Below are positions 18,271-28,375 of a DNA stretch of 64,000 nt, piece by piece. The notes below the pieces were generated by a model. That model did not search any database, had not been told where the DNA came from, and worked only from the letters and a program-made list of their open reading frames with translations. This DNA comes from Candidatus Poribacteria bacterium (lineage in GTDB: Bacteria; Poribacteria; WGA-4E; WGA-3G). Position numbers and translations under genes: made by a program. How positions within the stretch are numbered: position 1 is the first letter of the stretch; the number at the start of each line of letters is the position of its first letter. The stretch spans positions 14,924 to 78,923 of the forward strand of contig JAJEDN010000130.1 in assembly GCA_022821495.1 (NCBI GenBank). Reading direction: 5' to 3'.

Positions 18271-19863
18271 CTAAAACGTTAGTGTCCGTCGTAGGATGCT
18301 CCGGTGTCCTTGATCGTTTTCAAGGCGATAGATAACAGTATAAACCCCCGGCATCTTATGAAAAACCGTGCTATCAATTATAGGGGTCAGCTCGATGTGC
18401 GTTGAACCATCATCAGGAACCGTTTTTTCCTGTGTGAACGGACCGTAGCATCTTTCGCCCAAAGGATTAAGCACCTTCCAGGTCAAAGTAAGTTGCTTCG
18501 GACGTGGCGGATTATTAATATAGATGGTGATGTTATCGTCCATTTGTCCGTTTTCAAAACGCAACGTTCCTAATTTGGAGAACAGTTTTACCGTCAATGT
18601 CAACGGCGGCACGTATTCAAAATAACCTCTACCGGGGATTGCACGCCACGTCCCGCCCGTTGCCAAGGCGATCTGTCGGATCGGCAGATAATCAATTCCG
18701 ATCACATCCACACGGACCTTTTCCCTTTGGAGCGTTTCAATAACCTCGTCCAGACTATAGACAGACCTGCCGTTGTAGTCAGCATCATGAAAAGCGCCAT
18801 CGCTCGCCAAGATAATGAATCGTTGCGCATCTTTACGAAACTTCGTCCCTGTTACCGCATCCATGAGCCCGTCTAAACCCGCTTCCGCGATATCACCGCC
18901 ACCATCAACGCCGATCCTGACAAGCCAGTTCTTGAAAGTGCCGAGATCATCAGTCTGTCCGTATGTTTTTGTTTTATCTGTGAATGTCACTAATCCGAAA
19001 GTAACGTCGTGACCTTCTCGTTCCATAGCATCAAATAGGAAATCGACATAAGCGCGGATACCTCGAATGTTGTCCACCATACTCGCAGTTTCATCAAGGA
19101 CAAAAACAATATCGACTTTCTTTGCCGTACTCGCCGCAACGAGTGTCCGGGCAATCTCTTTCATCATGTAGACAAAAGCACCACCGACATTGCCACCACC
19201 AGCGGTGCCACCACCGCCCCAGCTATTCCCCATGCTTGTGGCTTGAAGTGCATCGCCGCGTTCGCTACCGTAGTGGATTTTTGGCGCATCGATTGTTGGT
19301 GAGGAGCCGGAACCGTCTAAGATATTATCCGTCTCTAAAGCAACAGGCTTCATTTCGCCCTGTGGGGCAACGTAATCTGCTTTCGATGTGACAGGCAGTG
19401 TGGCTATCGGTTGGTCAACTGAATTCAGTGTGAGGCGATTTTCGGGGCTGTAGTTCGCTGATTTCGCCGCGATAGCATTTGATTGTGAAAGTCCACTTCC
19501 AGGAGGCTCTGCACGTGTTAAAGGCTCTTCTCTGCGTGTCTCGGATTGTGGAATATCAGCGGAGTCTTGGACTGTCAGTTGCCAGGTTTCGCTTGAACCC
19601 GCCTTCGGTTTCGGAGGCGTTGGCGGTTTCTTTTCTGGGACTATCTTAGGTGTGGGAGGTGCAGGAGATACAGCAGGTTCAACAAAAACAGGAGGTTTTA
19701 CGATCGGAGGCGGCTTGATACGCGTTATCCAACTTGTTATACCGTCATAGAACACGTCTTCGGTGATCGGTTTTGGCACCAACCACCACACCATCAACAA
19801 TAACACAGAGTGAATAAGGAGCGAGTATACAAAATATGGGGATGTCGTTTTTCGGTTTTTCAT
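18271..19863 (-). CDS. Membrane-anchored von Willebrand factor A domain protein with Pro-rich linker
   Basis: 530 aa. TonB-like N-terminal anchor (YSLLIHSVLLLMVWWLV). Pro-rich spacer. vWA MIDAS-like start VDIVFVLDETASM. Confidence 0.7.
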   Translation of the reverse strand: MKNRKTTSPYFVYSLLIHSVLLLMVWWLVPKPITEDVFYDGITSWITRIKPPPIVKPPVFVEPAVSPAPPTPKIVPEKKPPTPPKPKAGSSETWQLTVQDSADIPQSETRREEPLTRAEPPGSGLSQSNAIAAKSANYSPENRLTLNSVDQPIATLPVTSKADYVAPQGEMKPVALETDNILDGSGSSPTIDAPKIHYGSERGDALQATSMGNSWGGGGTAGGGNVGGAFVYMMKEIARTLVAASTAKKVDIVFVLDETASMVDNIRGIRAYVDFLFDAMEREGHDVTFGLVTFTDKTKTYGQTDDLGTFKNWLVRIGVDGGGDIAEAGLDGLMDAVTGTKFRKDAQRFIILASDGAFHDADYNGRSVYSLDEVIETLQREKVRVDVIGIDYLPIRQIALATGGTWRAIPGRGYFEYVPPLTLTVKLFSKLGTLRFENGQMDDNITIYINNPPRPKQLTLTWKVLNPLGERCYGPFTQEKTVPDDGSTHIELTPIIDSTVFHKMPGVYTVIYRLENDQGHRSILRRTLTF

Positions 19864-19902
19864 TCTATCAACCCATAGAGGTGTTCTTCTTCGGCCTAAT
19901 GC

Positions 19903-20247
19903 TTAGGGAAAGGGGGCTAAACATGAATCCAAAACGCTTAGGATCTCGTTGAGTAACCAATCAGGTGCTTTTTCAAGGAATTGTACTTGACGGCTAACAT
20001 AATCAACAGATTTAATCTGTTCTACCATGACGTACCCAGTCAGTGAAGAATCACTAGGTACTTTAATGTGGAACGGAACGTTTCTGAAGGTGTTGGTTAT
20101 AGGACATACCATAGCAAGTTGAGTCTGAGCGTTAAATAAGGAGTTGCTGACTACCAGAGCAGGACGCCTACCTTTTTGTTCATATCCAGATTGTGGATCG
20201 AAGGTGAGGCGCACGAAATCACCTGCTCGTGGAATATATTTAGGCAT
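19903..20247 (-). CDS. mazF: MazF/PemK family type II toxin (endoribonuclease)
   Basis: 114 aa. Motifs GDFVRLTFDPQSGYEQKGRRPALVVS and ICPIT are typical of PemK/MazF. The gene directly abuts the upstream antitoxin gene (TAG then ATG at 20250-20245). Confidence 0.85.
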   Translation of the reverse strand: MPKYIPRAGDFVRLTFDPQSGYEQKGRRPALVVSNSLFNAQTQLAMVCPITNTFRNVPFHIKVPSDSSLTGYVMVEQIKSVDYVSRQVQFLEKAPDWLLNEILSVLDSCLAPFP

Positions 20248-20496
20248 CTACCATTCCTCTTTCCCGACAGGTTTTCCCCAGTCAAGTTCTTCAGCTTGAT
20301 AGTCGTCTGGCATTTGGGAAAGTAGTGCCTTCAAATCAGCACGTTTATATGCTTTGGTTGCCGTTTCAATGATAATTCGGCCGTTCTGGATGGTTACCTG
20401 AACTTCATCGCCCACATTCAGTTGTGCTGCCTTCAGAATATTTTGCGTAAAGCAAATTTCCGCGCTATTTTCCGATTTTTGAATTTTGATTAACAT
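20248..20496 (-). CDS. mazE: AbrB/MazE/SpoVT family antitoxin
   Basis: 82 aa. N-terminal swapped-hairpin-like segment with an acidic C-terminus. It lies immediately 5' of mazF. Confidence 0.75.
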   Translation of the reverse strand: MLIKIQKSENSAEICFTQNILKAAQLNVGDEVQVTIQNGRIIIETATKAYKRADLKALLSQMPDDYQAEELDWGKPVGKEEW

Positions 20497-20515
20497 AATC
20501 CATCTCCTTAAAAAA

Positions 20516-21511
20516 CTACAAATGAAACTCGACTATATCTCCATCATAAACGACATCGTTCCGACTAACAGATTGTCCATCGTGCCATTGAGGTCCCCAT
20601 ATCCGTGCAAACTTGAATTCCTCGAAATCTTTGTGTAGCCCCATAGCAGCATCGAGAACGGTTGATCCAATAGGAAGCACAATCGGGTCATCGCGTTCTA
20701 CTGCCTTACCGGGTGCCTTCGGATACACGCGCAAAATGTCTAACGCCCTATAAAGTGCCTCAAATAGAGTCTCTTTACGATCCCCTGTCTCGGCAGAGAT
20801 CGGGTAGATTTGAAACGTCTCACCATAGAATTCTTTGAGAATCTCCAACCGTTCGTCTGCACCTACTGCATCCGACTGGTTTGCTACGATAAGATGCCCA
20901 TTTTCAGGCGTATCCCTGTCTGCTTCGTTAAGGAGCGCCATCACCGTGTCGAGATCGTCTAATAGGTTGTCACTCGCAAGACTTACCACCGGTAGCGCGA
21001 TATCAGCGTTTCGGGTGAGCGTTAACACAGTGGATGCCGTAAAATCCGGCATGATAGAGGGCGTATCAATGAGTTGAAATTGGATATTCTCATAGTGAAG
21101 CATCCCAACCAATGGTGTTGTTGTTGTATAAGGTGTTGATGAAACCTCCGGCTTAGCGTTCGTGAACTTTACGAGTATCTGCGACTTTCCGGCATTTGGC
21201 GGTCCCAAAAGCACTATCTGTCCGGCACCTTGTTTCGGGATATGTTCGCTATAGCTTCTTTTACCCGACGCTTTGCCGCCCTTTTCGGATGGGCCCCTTT
21301 TAATCGCAGCGATACGACGACGGAGATCCGAAACCACTTTTTCCGAGCCTTTGTGTTTCGGGATGATCCGTAACATCTCCTCTAACAGGCTGAGCCGCTC
21401 TTCATCTGTCTTAGCGGCTTCATGTTGGTGTTTAAGTTTGTAGTAGGTCGGGGGTAGATTTGCTGGCATTTTCTTGTCCACTTCCATCGTCGTGCGTTGA
21501 AGTTGACACAC
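20516..21511 (-). CDS. OBG/DRG-like GTPase with C-terminal TGS domain
   Basis: 331 aa. G1 is GPPNAGKS, G3 is DTPS, G4-like is NQSD. The C-terminal DGDIVEFHL is TGS-like. The true start may be the downstream Met at 21469 (MPANLPPTYY). Confidence 0.7.
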   Translation of the reverse strand: MCQLQRTTMEVDKKMPANLPPTYYKLKHQHEAAKTDEERLSLLEEMLRIIPKHKGSEKVVSDLRRRIAAIKRGPSEKGGKASGKRSYSEHIPKQGAGQIVLLGPPNAGKSQILVKFTNAKPEVSSTPYTTTTPLVGMLHYENIQFQLIDTPSIMPDFTASTVLTLTRNADIALPVVSLASDNLLDDLDTVMALLNEADRDTPENGHLIVANQSDAVGADERLEILKEFYGETFQIYPISAETGDRKETLFEALYRALDILRVYPKAPGKAVERDDPIVLPIGSTVLDAAMGLHKDFEEFKFARIWGPQWHDGQSVSRNDVVYDGDIVEFHL

Positions 21512-21609
21512 AACGGTTTCGGGTAATGAACACTAACCCTGTTTACATTCAGAATGAAATCTGTTAAAATGAATACAACTCTTAAATAGGATACAAAATT
21601 TCTGCGCGC

Positions 21610-23211
21610 ATGTCAAGTCAATTAAGGCGTCTTTCCGCAGCCGCACTAAAAAACTATATTGCTCTTCTCCTGCTTCTCTGTATTTCGTTGCCTGCTGTGG
21701 CGGAAGATAGCAGTAATTTTTCATACCGCGGTGATGAGCTGCTCACGCTGGTCCAATCCGATGCCCTTGAAGCACAAGTGATAGCACTACAAGAGAACAT
21801 CGGTCCAGGAAGATTCCACGCTTACCGTACCCGCAGCGCGCACCACCGTGAAGCAACCGAAAACACCTTGCGCTACATTAAAAGCCAGTTTCGTCGTTCC
21901 CCACGTCTACAGATAAGTGAGCAAGTCTTTGGCGGTATTCGGAACGTCATCGCTGTTTTACCACCGCGATCGGATTCAACCAGCAACCGCGTTTTTATTC
22001 TCTGTGCACATTATGACACACAAGCCGTCCGTGAGCCAAATTGGAACCCCTTAGTATCTATCGCACCCGGAGCAAATGATAACGGCACCGGGGTCGCAGC
22101 GATGCTCGAAATCGCGAACCTTTTAAGCCGTCATGAATACGACCATGAGGTAAGATTTATCGCCTTAGGCGGTGAGGAACTCGGTTTCCTCGGCAGCCGA
22201 CACTATGCTCGGATGCTGAGATCGAACAGGACTACGGCGACTGTTACTGACCGTAAAAATATCGTCGCTGTTTTTAACTTAGACATGTTCGGTTTCAATT
22301 GGAAAAGTGATCTCGTGGAAATCGTTGCCAATAACGATTCCGCTTGGATTAGCCGGGCACTCATCATTGCAAACGGATGGTACAATGTCGGTCTGAAAAT
22401 TCGCCGTACGCAAGACGAATTCATCGATATTTCTTCCCATAAACCGTTCTGGGATAACGGATACGATGCTGTCACTTTAACGGAGAGTTCAACACCCTGG
22501 CGCGATTCCCAAAATTACGATACCAATCCTTTCTATCACACGGCTGCGGATACTGCCGATAAAGTGAACTTCGGGTTGGTCAGAAAAGTGGCACAACTCG
22601 TGCTTGTCACGATAGATAGCCTGCTCACGGACATGTTTAAGCCAACCCGGCAGCCACCCCGAGTGACGTTGGAACTCCCACCGACGACACAGGAGAGCGA
22701 GTTAACAATCAACGGAACATTTCATTCAGATTTCCCTATCGACATCATCGTTCATCCAAGCCGGACAGAGGCGGTACTGCACCGAGAAACACAAACCTAT
22801 ACAGCAAAGGTGCCTTTGAATCCGGGAGAAAACGTTCTCAGAGTGATCGCACGGTATCCGCTCGGCGCAGTCTCAGCCGCCGAATCTGTAATCTTGACGC
22901 AAGCCTTCGCATGGAGAGACGTAGTGGTTTTTCCGAATCCGGCACGTTCAGACGGTTTAACTGAATTCCGAGTTGAAGCAAATGCGGAAATAACCGAGAT
23001 GCACATCCTGATTTATGATACTGATGGGAACCTAATAAAACGGATTGAAGGGGTCACTGATCGGTTAAATCAAAAAATCTGGCGGACTTGGTGGAACCAG
23101 CAAACCTCTTATGGATTGGCGGTCTCTCCAGGGATTTATGTGTGCCATATTTCAGTTGTTTCAAAAGGTGAGACATATACATATCTGGAGAAGTTGGCGA
23201 TTTTGCGGTAA
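21610..23211 (+). CDS. Secreted M28 family aminopeptidase with C-terminal T9SS/FlgD-Ig-like sorting domain
   Basis: 533 aa. Signal peptide. M28 motifs GANDNGTGVAAMLE and GGEELGFLGS. The C-terminus VFPNPARSD...GIYVCHI...KLAILR resembles a Por/T9SS CTD. Confidence 0.75.
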   Translation: MSSQLRRLSAAALKNYIALLLLLCISLPAVAEDSSNFSYRGDELLTLVQSDALEAQVIALQENIGPGRFHAYRTRSAHHREATENTLRYIKSQFRRSPRLQISEQVFGGIRNVIAVLPPRSDSTSNRVFILCAHYDTQAVREPNWNPLVSIAPGANDNGTGVAAMLEIANLLSRHEYDHEVRFIALGGEELGFLGSRHYARMLRSNRTTATVTDRKNIVAVFNLDMFGFNWKSDLVEIVANNDSAWISRALIIANGWYNVGLKIRRTQDEFIDISSHKPFWDNGYDAVTLTESSTPWRDSQNYDTNPFYHTAADTADKVNFGLVRKVAQLVLVTIDSLLTDMFKPTRQPPRVTLELPPTTQESELTINGTFHSDFPIDIIVHPSRTEAVLHRETQTYTAKVPLNPGENVLRVIARYPLGAVSAAESVILTQAFAWRDVVVFPNPARSDGLTEFRVEANAEITEMHILIYDTDGNLIKRIEGVTDRLNQKIWRTWWNQQTSYGLAVSPGIYVCHISVVSKGETYTYLEKLAILR

Positions 23212-23364
23212 GATGGAGGAAAAACATGAAGGAAATATCCGGAACTATAGTATGATCCGAAAAATACTTTGACATCCTTGCAAACATTATGTTAGAATAC
23301 ACTATACAGAAGTAGACTAAAGAAAGCCTAAAAAATGGCTGACTATGCCAAAAGGGGAGATCTG

Positions 23365-24714
23365 ATGAACAGAAATATCTATGTCCGCTTCAGTTTACTA
23401 ATTTTCCTCATCAGTGCAAGCGTGATAATATCTTCATGCGGAAGCGCAATAGATCAACCGACAGATGTTGAACTATTGAGTTCAATCGAAAAAGCGTTTG
23501 TGAACGTCGCGAAACGGAGTAAACCTGCTATTGTTAGCGTGGTTTCGGTTCGTCAAGCAGAAAATGGCAAAATTCACAGACAAGAAGGGTCTGGGTTCAT
23601 TTTTCGGAAAGACGGTTATATCCTTACAAATGAGCATGTCGTACGGAATGCTACAACTATCAAGGTGCAACTGTTCGATGAGAGTGAATTTGACGCAGAA
23701 TTGGATGGCAGAATTGACCGTAATACAGATATTGCCGTCTTAAAAATTGATACCGAAGAGGATCTTCCTGTGCTGCCTCTGGCGAATTCGGATGAGGTAC
23801 AGGTTGGACAATTCGCTATTGCGATCGGGAACCCATTTCAACTCGATTATACGGTAACAGTCGGCACTGTGAGTGGAAAAGGACGTTCATTTCTTCCCGA
23901 CATCGGCCTCGTTCGATATCAGGATTTTATCCAAACGGACGCTTGGATAAATACCGGAAATAGCGGAGGACCCTTACTGAACATACACGGTGAAGTCATA
24001 GGCGTTAACTCCTTAATCCGACGACCCGACAACACACCCGCAACAGATGCTGTTAGAGCAGGCGCAGGGTTCGCGATTTCCAGCAACCTTGTCGGAAAGA
24101 TTGGGACGCAGCTGATCGCAAACGGACGCATCATCCGCGGATTTCTTGGGATTGGAATGAGAGAAGTACCAGAAGGTATTCGGGTTCGGAGTGTACTCAA
24201 AAATATGCCCGCACATCTCGGTGGGCTGCAGCGCGGCGATGTCATCGTCAAATACAATGGAAAACAAGTAAAGAATACTGACGAATTCAAGATGTGGATC
24301 GCCGATTCCCCTGTCGGTAAGAGCACGAAAATTACCGTCCTCCGGAACGGGCATGAACGGATGTTTAATGTTACAATAGCCGAAATGCCCGCACTACAAG
24401 CCGGGAGACCTGTTGAATCCAACTCTCTCGCATGGCGAAAGCTCGGACTAACGGTTCGGAAATTAGAAAAAGGCGATGCCGAAAGATACACCTATCTGAC
24501 GGAGACGGATCGCGGCGTTATTGTTGATAGGGTTGAAGAAAACAGCCCGATTCCACGAGGCACGCTCATTGTTGCTGTGAATGGTCAAAAGATTAACAGC
24601 GTCGAAGAACTTGAAGCGCTCATTCAAAAGCAGCAGCAAGAACTCCAACAACTTATCCTCGATGTCAAAAGCAGTCACGGTGCAGAAAAGATAACGATGC
24701 ACCTAAAACCTTAG
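23365..24714 (+). CDS. HtrA/DegP family serine protease with PDZ domains
   Basis: The track ORF starts at 23335. I prefer ATG 23365 (GGGGAG Shine-Dalgarno upstream). Catalytic motifs are TNEHVV, DIAVLKI and GNSGGPLLN. Two PDZ-like segments follow. Confidence 0.88.
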   Translation: MNRNIYVRFSLLIFLISASVIISSCGSAIDQPTDVELLSSIEKAFVNVAKRSKPAIVSVVSVRQAENGKIHRQEGSGFIFRKDGYILTNEHVVRNATTIKVQLFDESEFDAELDGRIDRNTDIAVLKIDTEEDLPVLPLANSDEVQVGQFAIAIGNPFQLDYTVTVGTVSGKGRSFLPDIGLVRYQDFIQTDAWINTGNSGGPLLNIHGEVIGVNSLIRRPDNTPATDAVRAGAGFAISSNLVGKIGTQLIANGRIIRGFLGIGMREVPEGIRVRSVLKNMPAHLGGLQRGDVIVKYNGKQVKNTDEFKMWIADSPVGKSTKITVLRNGHERMFNVTIAEMPALQAGRPVESNSLAWRKLGLTVRKLEKGDAERYTYLTETDRGVIVDRVEENSPIPRGTLIVAVNGQKINSVEELEALIQKQQQELQQLILDVKSSHGAEKITMHLKP

Positions 24715-24759
24715 GTGGACTTACAAAGTCCTCCCCTTTAAGTTTTACCAAAACAATAT

Positions 24760-26748
24760 ATGACAACATCAACATCCATGACACTCAGAGAAATTTTTGG
24801 TCCGAGCGGACTTATCTCACAAAATCTTGAGGGATACGAAGTCCGCCAAGAACAGCTACAAATGGCACATGAAGTGTTCCGCGCTCTGGTTGATGCCGAA
24901 CACTTGATCGTTGAGGCTGGAACAGGAGTAGGCAAAAGTTTCGCTTATCTAATTCCGGCGATTTCTCTCGCGCTTAGATCCGAACAAACGGTCGTCATTT
25001 CGACAAATACCATCAGTCTACAGGAACAACTTGTCACCAAAGACATTCCATTCCTGCAACGTGTACTCCCCCGCGATTTCAAAGTCGTACTCGCAAAGGG
25101 ACGACGCAATTACCTCTCACGGCGTAGACTGAAAAATTTGCTCAATTATCAACGCGGTTTGTTTGATACATACGAAGAAGTAGAACAGGTCAGCGAGATC
25201 GAAAAATGGGTGGATCTGACAGTAGACGGCAGCAGAGCTGACTTACCATGGCAGCCTGATGCTCAGGTTTGGGATAAGGTCGCATCCGATAGGGATAACT
25301 GCCTCGGTCGCAACTGTGAAACCTACGATACCTGTTTCTATTTCAAAGTCCGAAGGGAGATGCGCAACGCGGACCTCCTCATCGTAAACCATCACCTCCT
25401 TTTTAGCGATCTCGCAATCCGTAAGGAAAGTGGCACAGCCGCCGGGATCTTACCTGATTACGATCACCTCATCATTGACGAAGCACATCATCTCGAAGCA
25501 ACAGCAACTAACCACGCGAGTGTCAACTTCAATAACACCCGCGTTAAATGGTTTCTTGATGCCCTCTACAATGAGCGGAGCGACGATGGCTTAGCCGCAC
25601 CCACACATCTCAATTCCACACAATTGAGAGATCAAACTATCGAAGCACGTAAACAGACGAATAATCTTTTCAGTAGTATTGTTAAAGCCATCGAAAAAAT
25701 TGAGGGCGGAGGGTACGGCAGCACACTAACCGAACGTATCGATACAAGTAATTTTGTCAAAAATGTATTGGATGCACCGCTTCTGGACATTGAGCGAACA
25801 CTGAAAGGTCTCCAAAACGAGGCGGAAACTGAAGATGATGAACAGGAAATTACCGCACTCCACCGGAATTGCCAACGCCTTCGTGACGAATTAGATATGA
25901 TCATTCGGCAAAACGATCCAGATTATGTCTACTGGGCAGAAATATCAACGCGCGGGCGCAACCCTCGGATTCTCCTAAACGCTACCCCCTCGAATGTAAA
26001 CCAGATGCTACAAGAGCATCTGTTCGCAGAAAAAAATAGCGTCGTCATGACAAGTGCTACGCTTTCTACCAACCGAAACTTTGCCTATTTTAAAGCGCGA
26101 ATCGGAATAGACGAGTGTCGTGAAATGCTTGCCCATTCCCCCTTTGATTTTAAAAAGCAGGTCCAGATTCACATCCCGAGGTGGATGCCGGATCCGAACA
26201 GTAGCGATTTTACACCAGCGGTGATTGATAAAATTCAACACTATCTCGAACTAACACACGGCAAAGCCTTCGTCCTTTTTACAAGCTACAGAATGATGAA
26301 CGAAGTCTATGATGTTGTTGCCCCCGGCTTGGAAGATATCGGGATTAGCACCTTCAAACAAGGCGGCAACCTCTCTCGGACGGATATGCTTCAGGCGTTT
26401 CGTGAGGATACAGATTCGGTTTTATTCGGAACTTCCAGTTTCTGGGAAGGTGTTGATGTACGCGGTGAGGCGTTGAGCAATGTTATCATAACTCGACTTC
26501 CGTTTGAGGTGCCAACACATCCGGTGATGGAGGCACGCGTGAAGCAGATTAAGGAAAGCGGCGGAAATGAATTTTTTGAGTTCAGTCTACCAGAGGCAAT
26601 TCTGCGCCTCAAACAGGGCTTCGGACGGCTTATCCGCACGCAGACCGACACCGGGATTGTTGTTATTCTCGATCCGCGGATTAAGACGAAAAATTATGGA
26701 AAGCAGTTCCTCGATTCGTTACCAGACTGCGAAATTGTACAAGAATAA
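24760..26748 (+). CDS. dinG: DinG/Rad3-like ATP-dependent DNA helicase
   Basis: 662 aa. Walker A is EAGTGVGKSFAY. DEAH box is IIDEAHHLE. C-terminal helicase C2 motifs include FWEGVD and GRLIR. Confidence 0.8.
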   Translation: MTTSTSMTLREIFGPSGLISQNLEGYEVRQEQLQMAHEVFRALVDAEHLIVEAGTGVGKSFAYLIPAISLALRSEQTVVISTNTISLQEQLVTKDIPFLQRVLPRDFKVVLAKGRRNYLSRRRLKNLLNYQRGLFDTYEEVEQVSEIEKWVDLTVDGSRADLPWQPDAQVWDKVASDRDNCLGRNCETYDTCFYFKVRREMRNADLLIVNHHLLFSDLAIRKESGTAAGILPDYDHLIIDEAHHLEATATNHASVNFNNTRVKWFLDALYNERSDDGLAAPTHLNSTQLRDQTIEARKQTNNLFSSIVKAIEKIEGGGYGSTLTERIDTSNFVKNVLDAPLLDIERTLKGLQNEAETEDDEQEITALHRNCQRLRDELDMIIRQNDPDYVYWAEISTRGRNPRILLNATPSNVNQMLQEHLFAEKNSVVMTSATLSTNRNFAYFKARIGIDECREMLAHSPFDFKKQVQIHIPRWMPDPNSSDFTPAVIDKIQHYLELTHGKAFVLFTSYRMMNEVYDVVAPGLEDIGISTFKQGGNLSRTDMLQAFREDTDSVLFGTSSFWEGVDVRGEALSNVIITRLPFEVPTHPVMEARVKQIKESGGNEFFEFSLPEAILRLKQGFGRLIRTQTDTGIVVILDPRIKTKNYGKQFLDSLPDCEIVQE

Positions 26749-26751
26749 AAA

Positions 26752-26780
26752 ATGCTCGCTGCGTCTGACACAGCGAGCAT
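26752..26780. terminator. Bidirectional hairpin terminator between convergent genes
   Basis: atgctcgctg-cgtctgaca-cagcgagcat forms a 10-bp perfect stem. The A-run on the + side gives a U-tract for the minus-strand lipoprotein gene. Confidence 0.6.
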
Positions 26781-26853
26781 CTATAAGAAATTTGAACAAC
26801 ACCGCTTCTATCCCATAATCTCTTGTAGAACAGAAGTATTCCTACAAGTCAAC

Positions 26854-27906
26854 CTAATACCGCTTAGGTGAAGGTTGCGCAACGCGAATCCCTCTATCAT
26901 GGGTGAAAGGGAACTCAAAGTCTATGGTTTGATAACGTTGTGCTGCACCCGGCGGTGGGGCTTTTTCGATCGGTAGGATGACCTTTAATTCGAGAGCGTT
27001 CAACTTGGTTTGTACAAACGGTAAGAAACCCTCAGCACTTTCACCCGGCGGGACACCTGTTCGGCGTTTACCGACCTGTTTTTCAACAATTTTCATCCGC
27101 TTTTCGATCAAAATTCGACGGGCAATTTCCAATCCATTTGTGACATAGAGGCCCGTCGCACGCGCCATGTATGTGAAGCGCTCTTTTAAATCATCGTAAT
27201 CCATACCGTTATAGATATTTTCACCCTGATCAACGATACTGCATTCTTTGACATTAAAGATGATATTCTCGCTCCGATTGTTGGTAATCTTCACATAGAA
27301 TACATCTGTTTTGTCACCTTGGTGAAGTGCTTCTGTTTCATAAAAAGGTGAAAATGCGTTCCCGCGATTGTACTTACGGTCTAAGTCTGGACGTCGCCAG
27401 TACGCGATAGAAACTGTAATCCCGTCCACCGTTTTCGTCAAAATCGGTTGTCTTGATTGAACGTCAAACAATTGCGGATAGTCGGACATCATAATAACAT
27501 CAACGACTTTCCTATCTTCACCGGTCCCCAATTCAATCTGGTTCTTAGCTTCCGTCCAATCGTTAAGGAAGTTACTCCATTGGTCATCAGCGTGTGCGTA
27601 TTCACCGAAAGCGAAAATGTAAGTTAACGCTTCCATATTGGCGTCGCGTGCTTTACCAATTCGGAATCCGACAGTCTCCATACCGTGTTTATCCAGCACC
27701 GGCTTTGCAAGCACTTCAGATGGGACAGCCGGCACAATTACCTCTGCGTTCGGATTTGCACTCTGTTCCATCTTCGCTTTCGCTATATTATGCACAGGCT
27801 GAATCGGTGACAAGCCACTGAGCGGCGTACCACACCCCGCAACGCTAATCGCGAGTGCCAATAGTAGGACAAAATTGAGTGTTGTGAATCTATTCAACCA
27901 TTTCAT
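26854..27906 (-). CDS. Lipoprotein of unknown function
   Basis: The track ORF extends to 27960. I prefer ATG 27906 (AGGAGG upstream). Signal peptide with lipobox VAGC. Confidence 0.55.
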   Translation of the reverse strand: MKWLNRFTTLNFVLLLALAISVAGCGTPLSGLSPIQPVHNIAKAKMEQSANPNAEVIVPAVPSEVLAKPVLDKHGMETVGFRIGKARDANMEALTYIFAFGEYAHADDQWSNFLNDWTEAKNQIELGTGEDRKVVDVIMMSDYPQLFDVQSRQPILTKTVDGITVSIAYWRRPDLDRKYNRGNAFSPFYETEALHQGDKTDVFYVKITNNRSENIIFNVKECSIVDQGENIYNGMDYDDLKERFTYMARATGLYVTNGLEIARRILIEKRMKIVEKQVGKRRTGVPPGESAEGFLPFVQTKLNALELKVILPIEKAPPPGAAQRYQTIDFEFPFTHDRGIRVAQPSPKRY

Positions 27907-28090
27907 TGATAATATTGCCTCCTTGGTTACCATTCGACGAATGATAAGTTCATTTCTCACTTTCTATTCCGGGCTACTCAACAGATCAGCATGCTAACAC
28001 GTATAGCTGATTTGAAAACACCGGTTAAAATCCAAATAGGTTCATTTATGGTAAATTAGAAAAATATATTGACATCTACAAATGACCCAA

Positions 28091-28139
28091 TTCCCCCTGA
28101 TAAGGGGGTGTTTTTGATAGGGTGTTTCCCTTAGGGGGG
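28091..28139. repeat. Degenerate family-1 repeat copy
   Basis: ttccccctgataagggggtgtttttgatagggtgtttcccttagggggg. It lies in a 415-bp non-coding region that also contains other short hairpins (gagcgatctcctggtcgcga). Confidence 0.6.
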
Positions 28140-28375
28140 TGTACTCGCAGAAAATGTCTAATTAATTCTAAGGTTTACCATAGTTCTCTTGTAGGAGCGA
28201 TCTCCTGGTCGCGATGCCTAACTCCTGGTCGTGACACCTCGGTTAAAACGAGCAACAGTCGAAAACTAAATACCCTAAAAACCCAAATGGCGCGTCTAAA
28301 ACGAGTTTTGTTGCATATTAAGTTAGCATAACAACAATTTTTAGTCAAGAAATATGTCAGAAGAATTTCTGAAGG

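Noticed and set aside
28122-28331. A 69-aa plus-strand ORF sits in the 415-bp intergenic region.
   Set aside because: It spans repeat and hairpin sequence, has no Shine-Dalgarno sequence and has low-complexity content. It is probably spurious.
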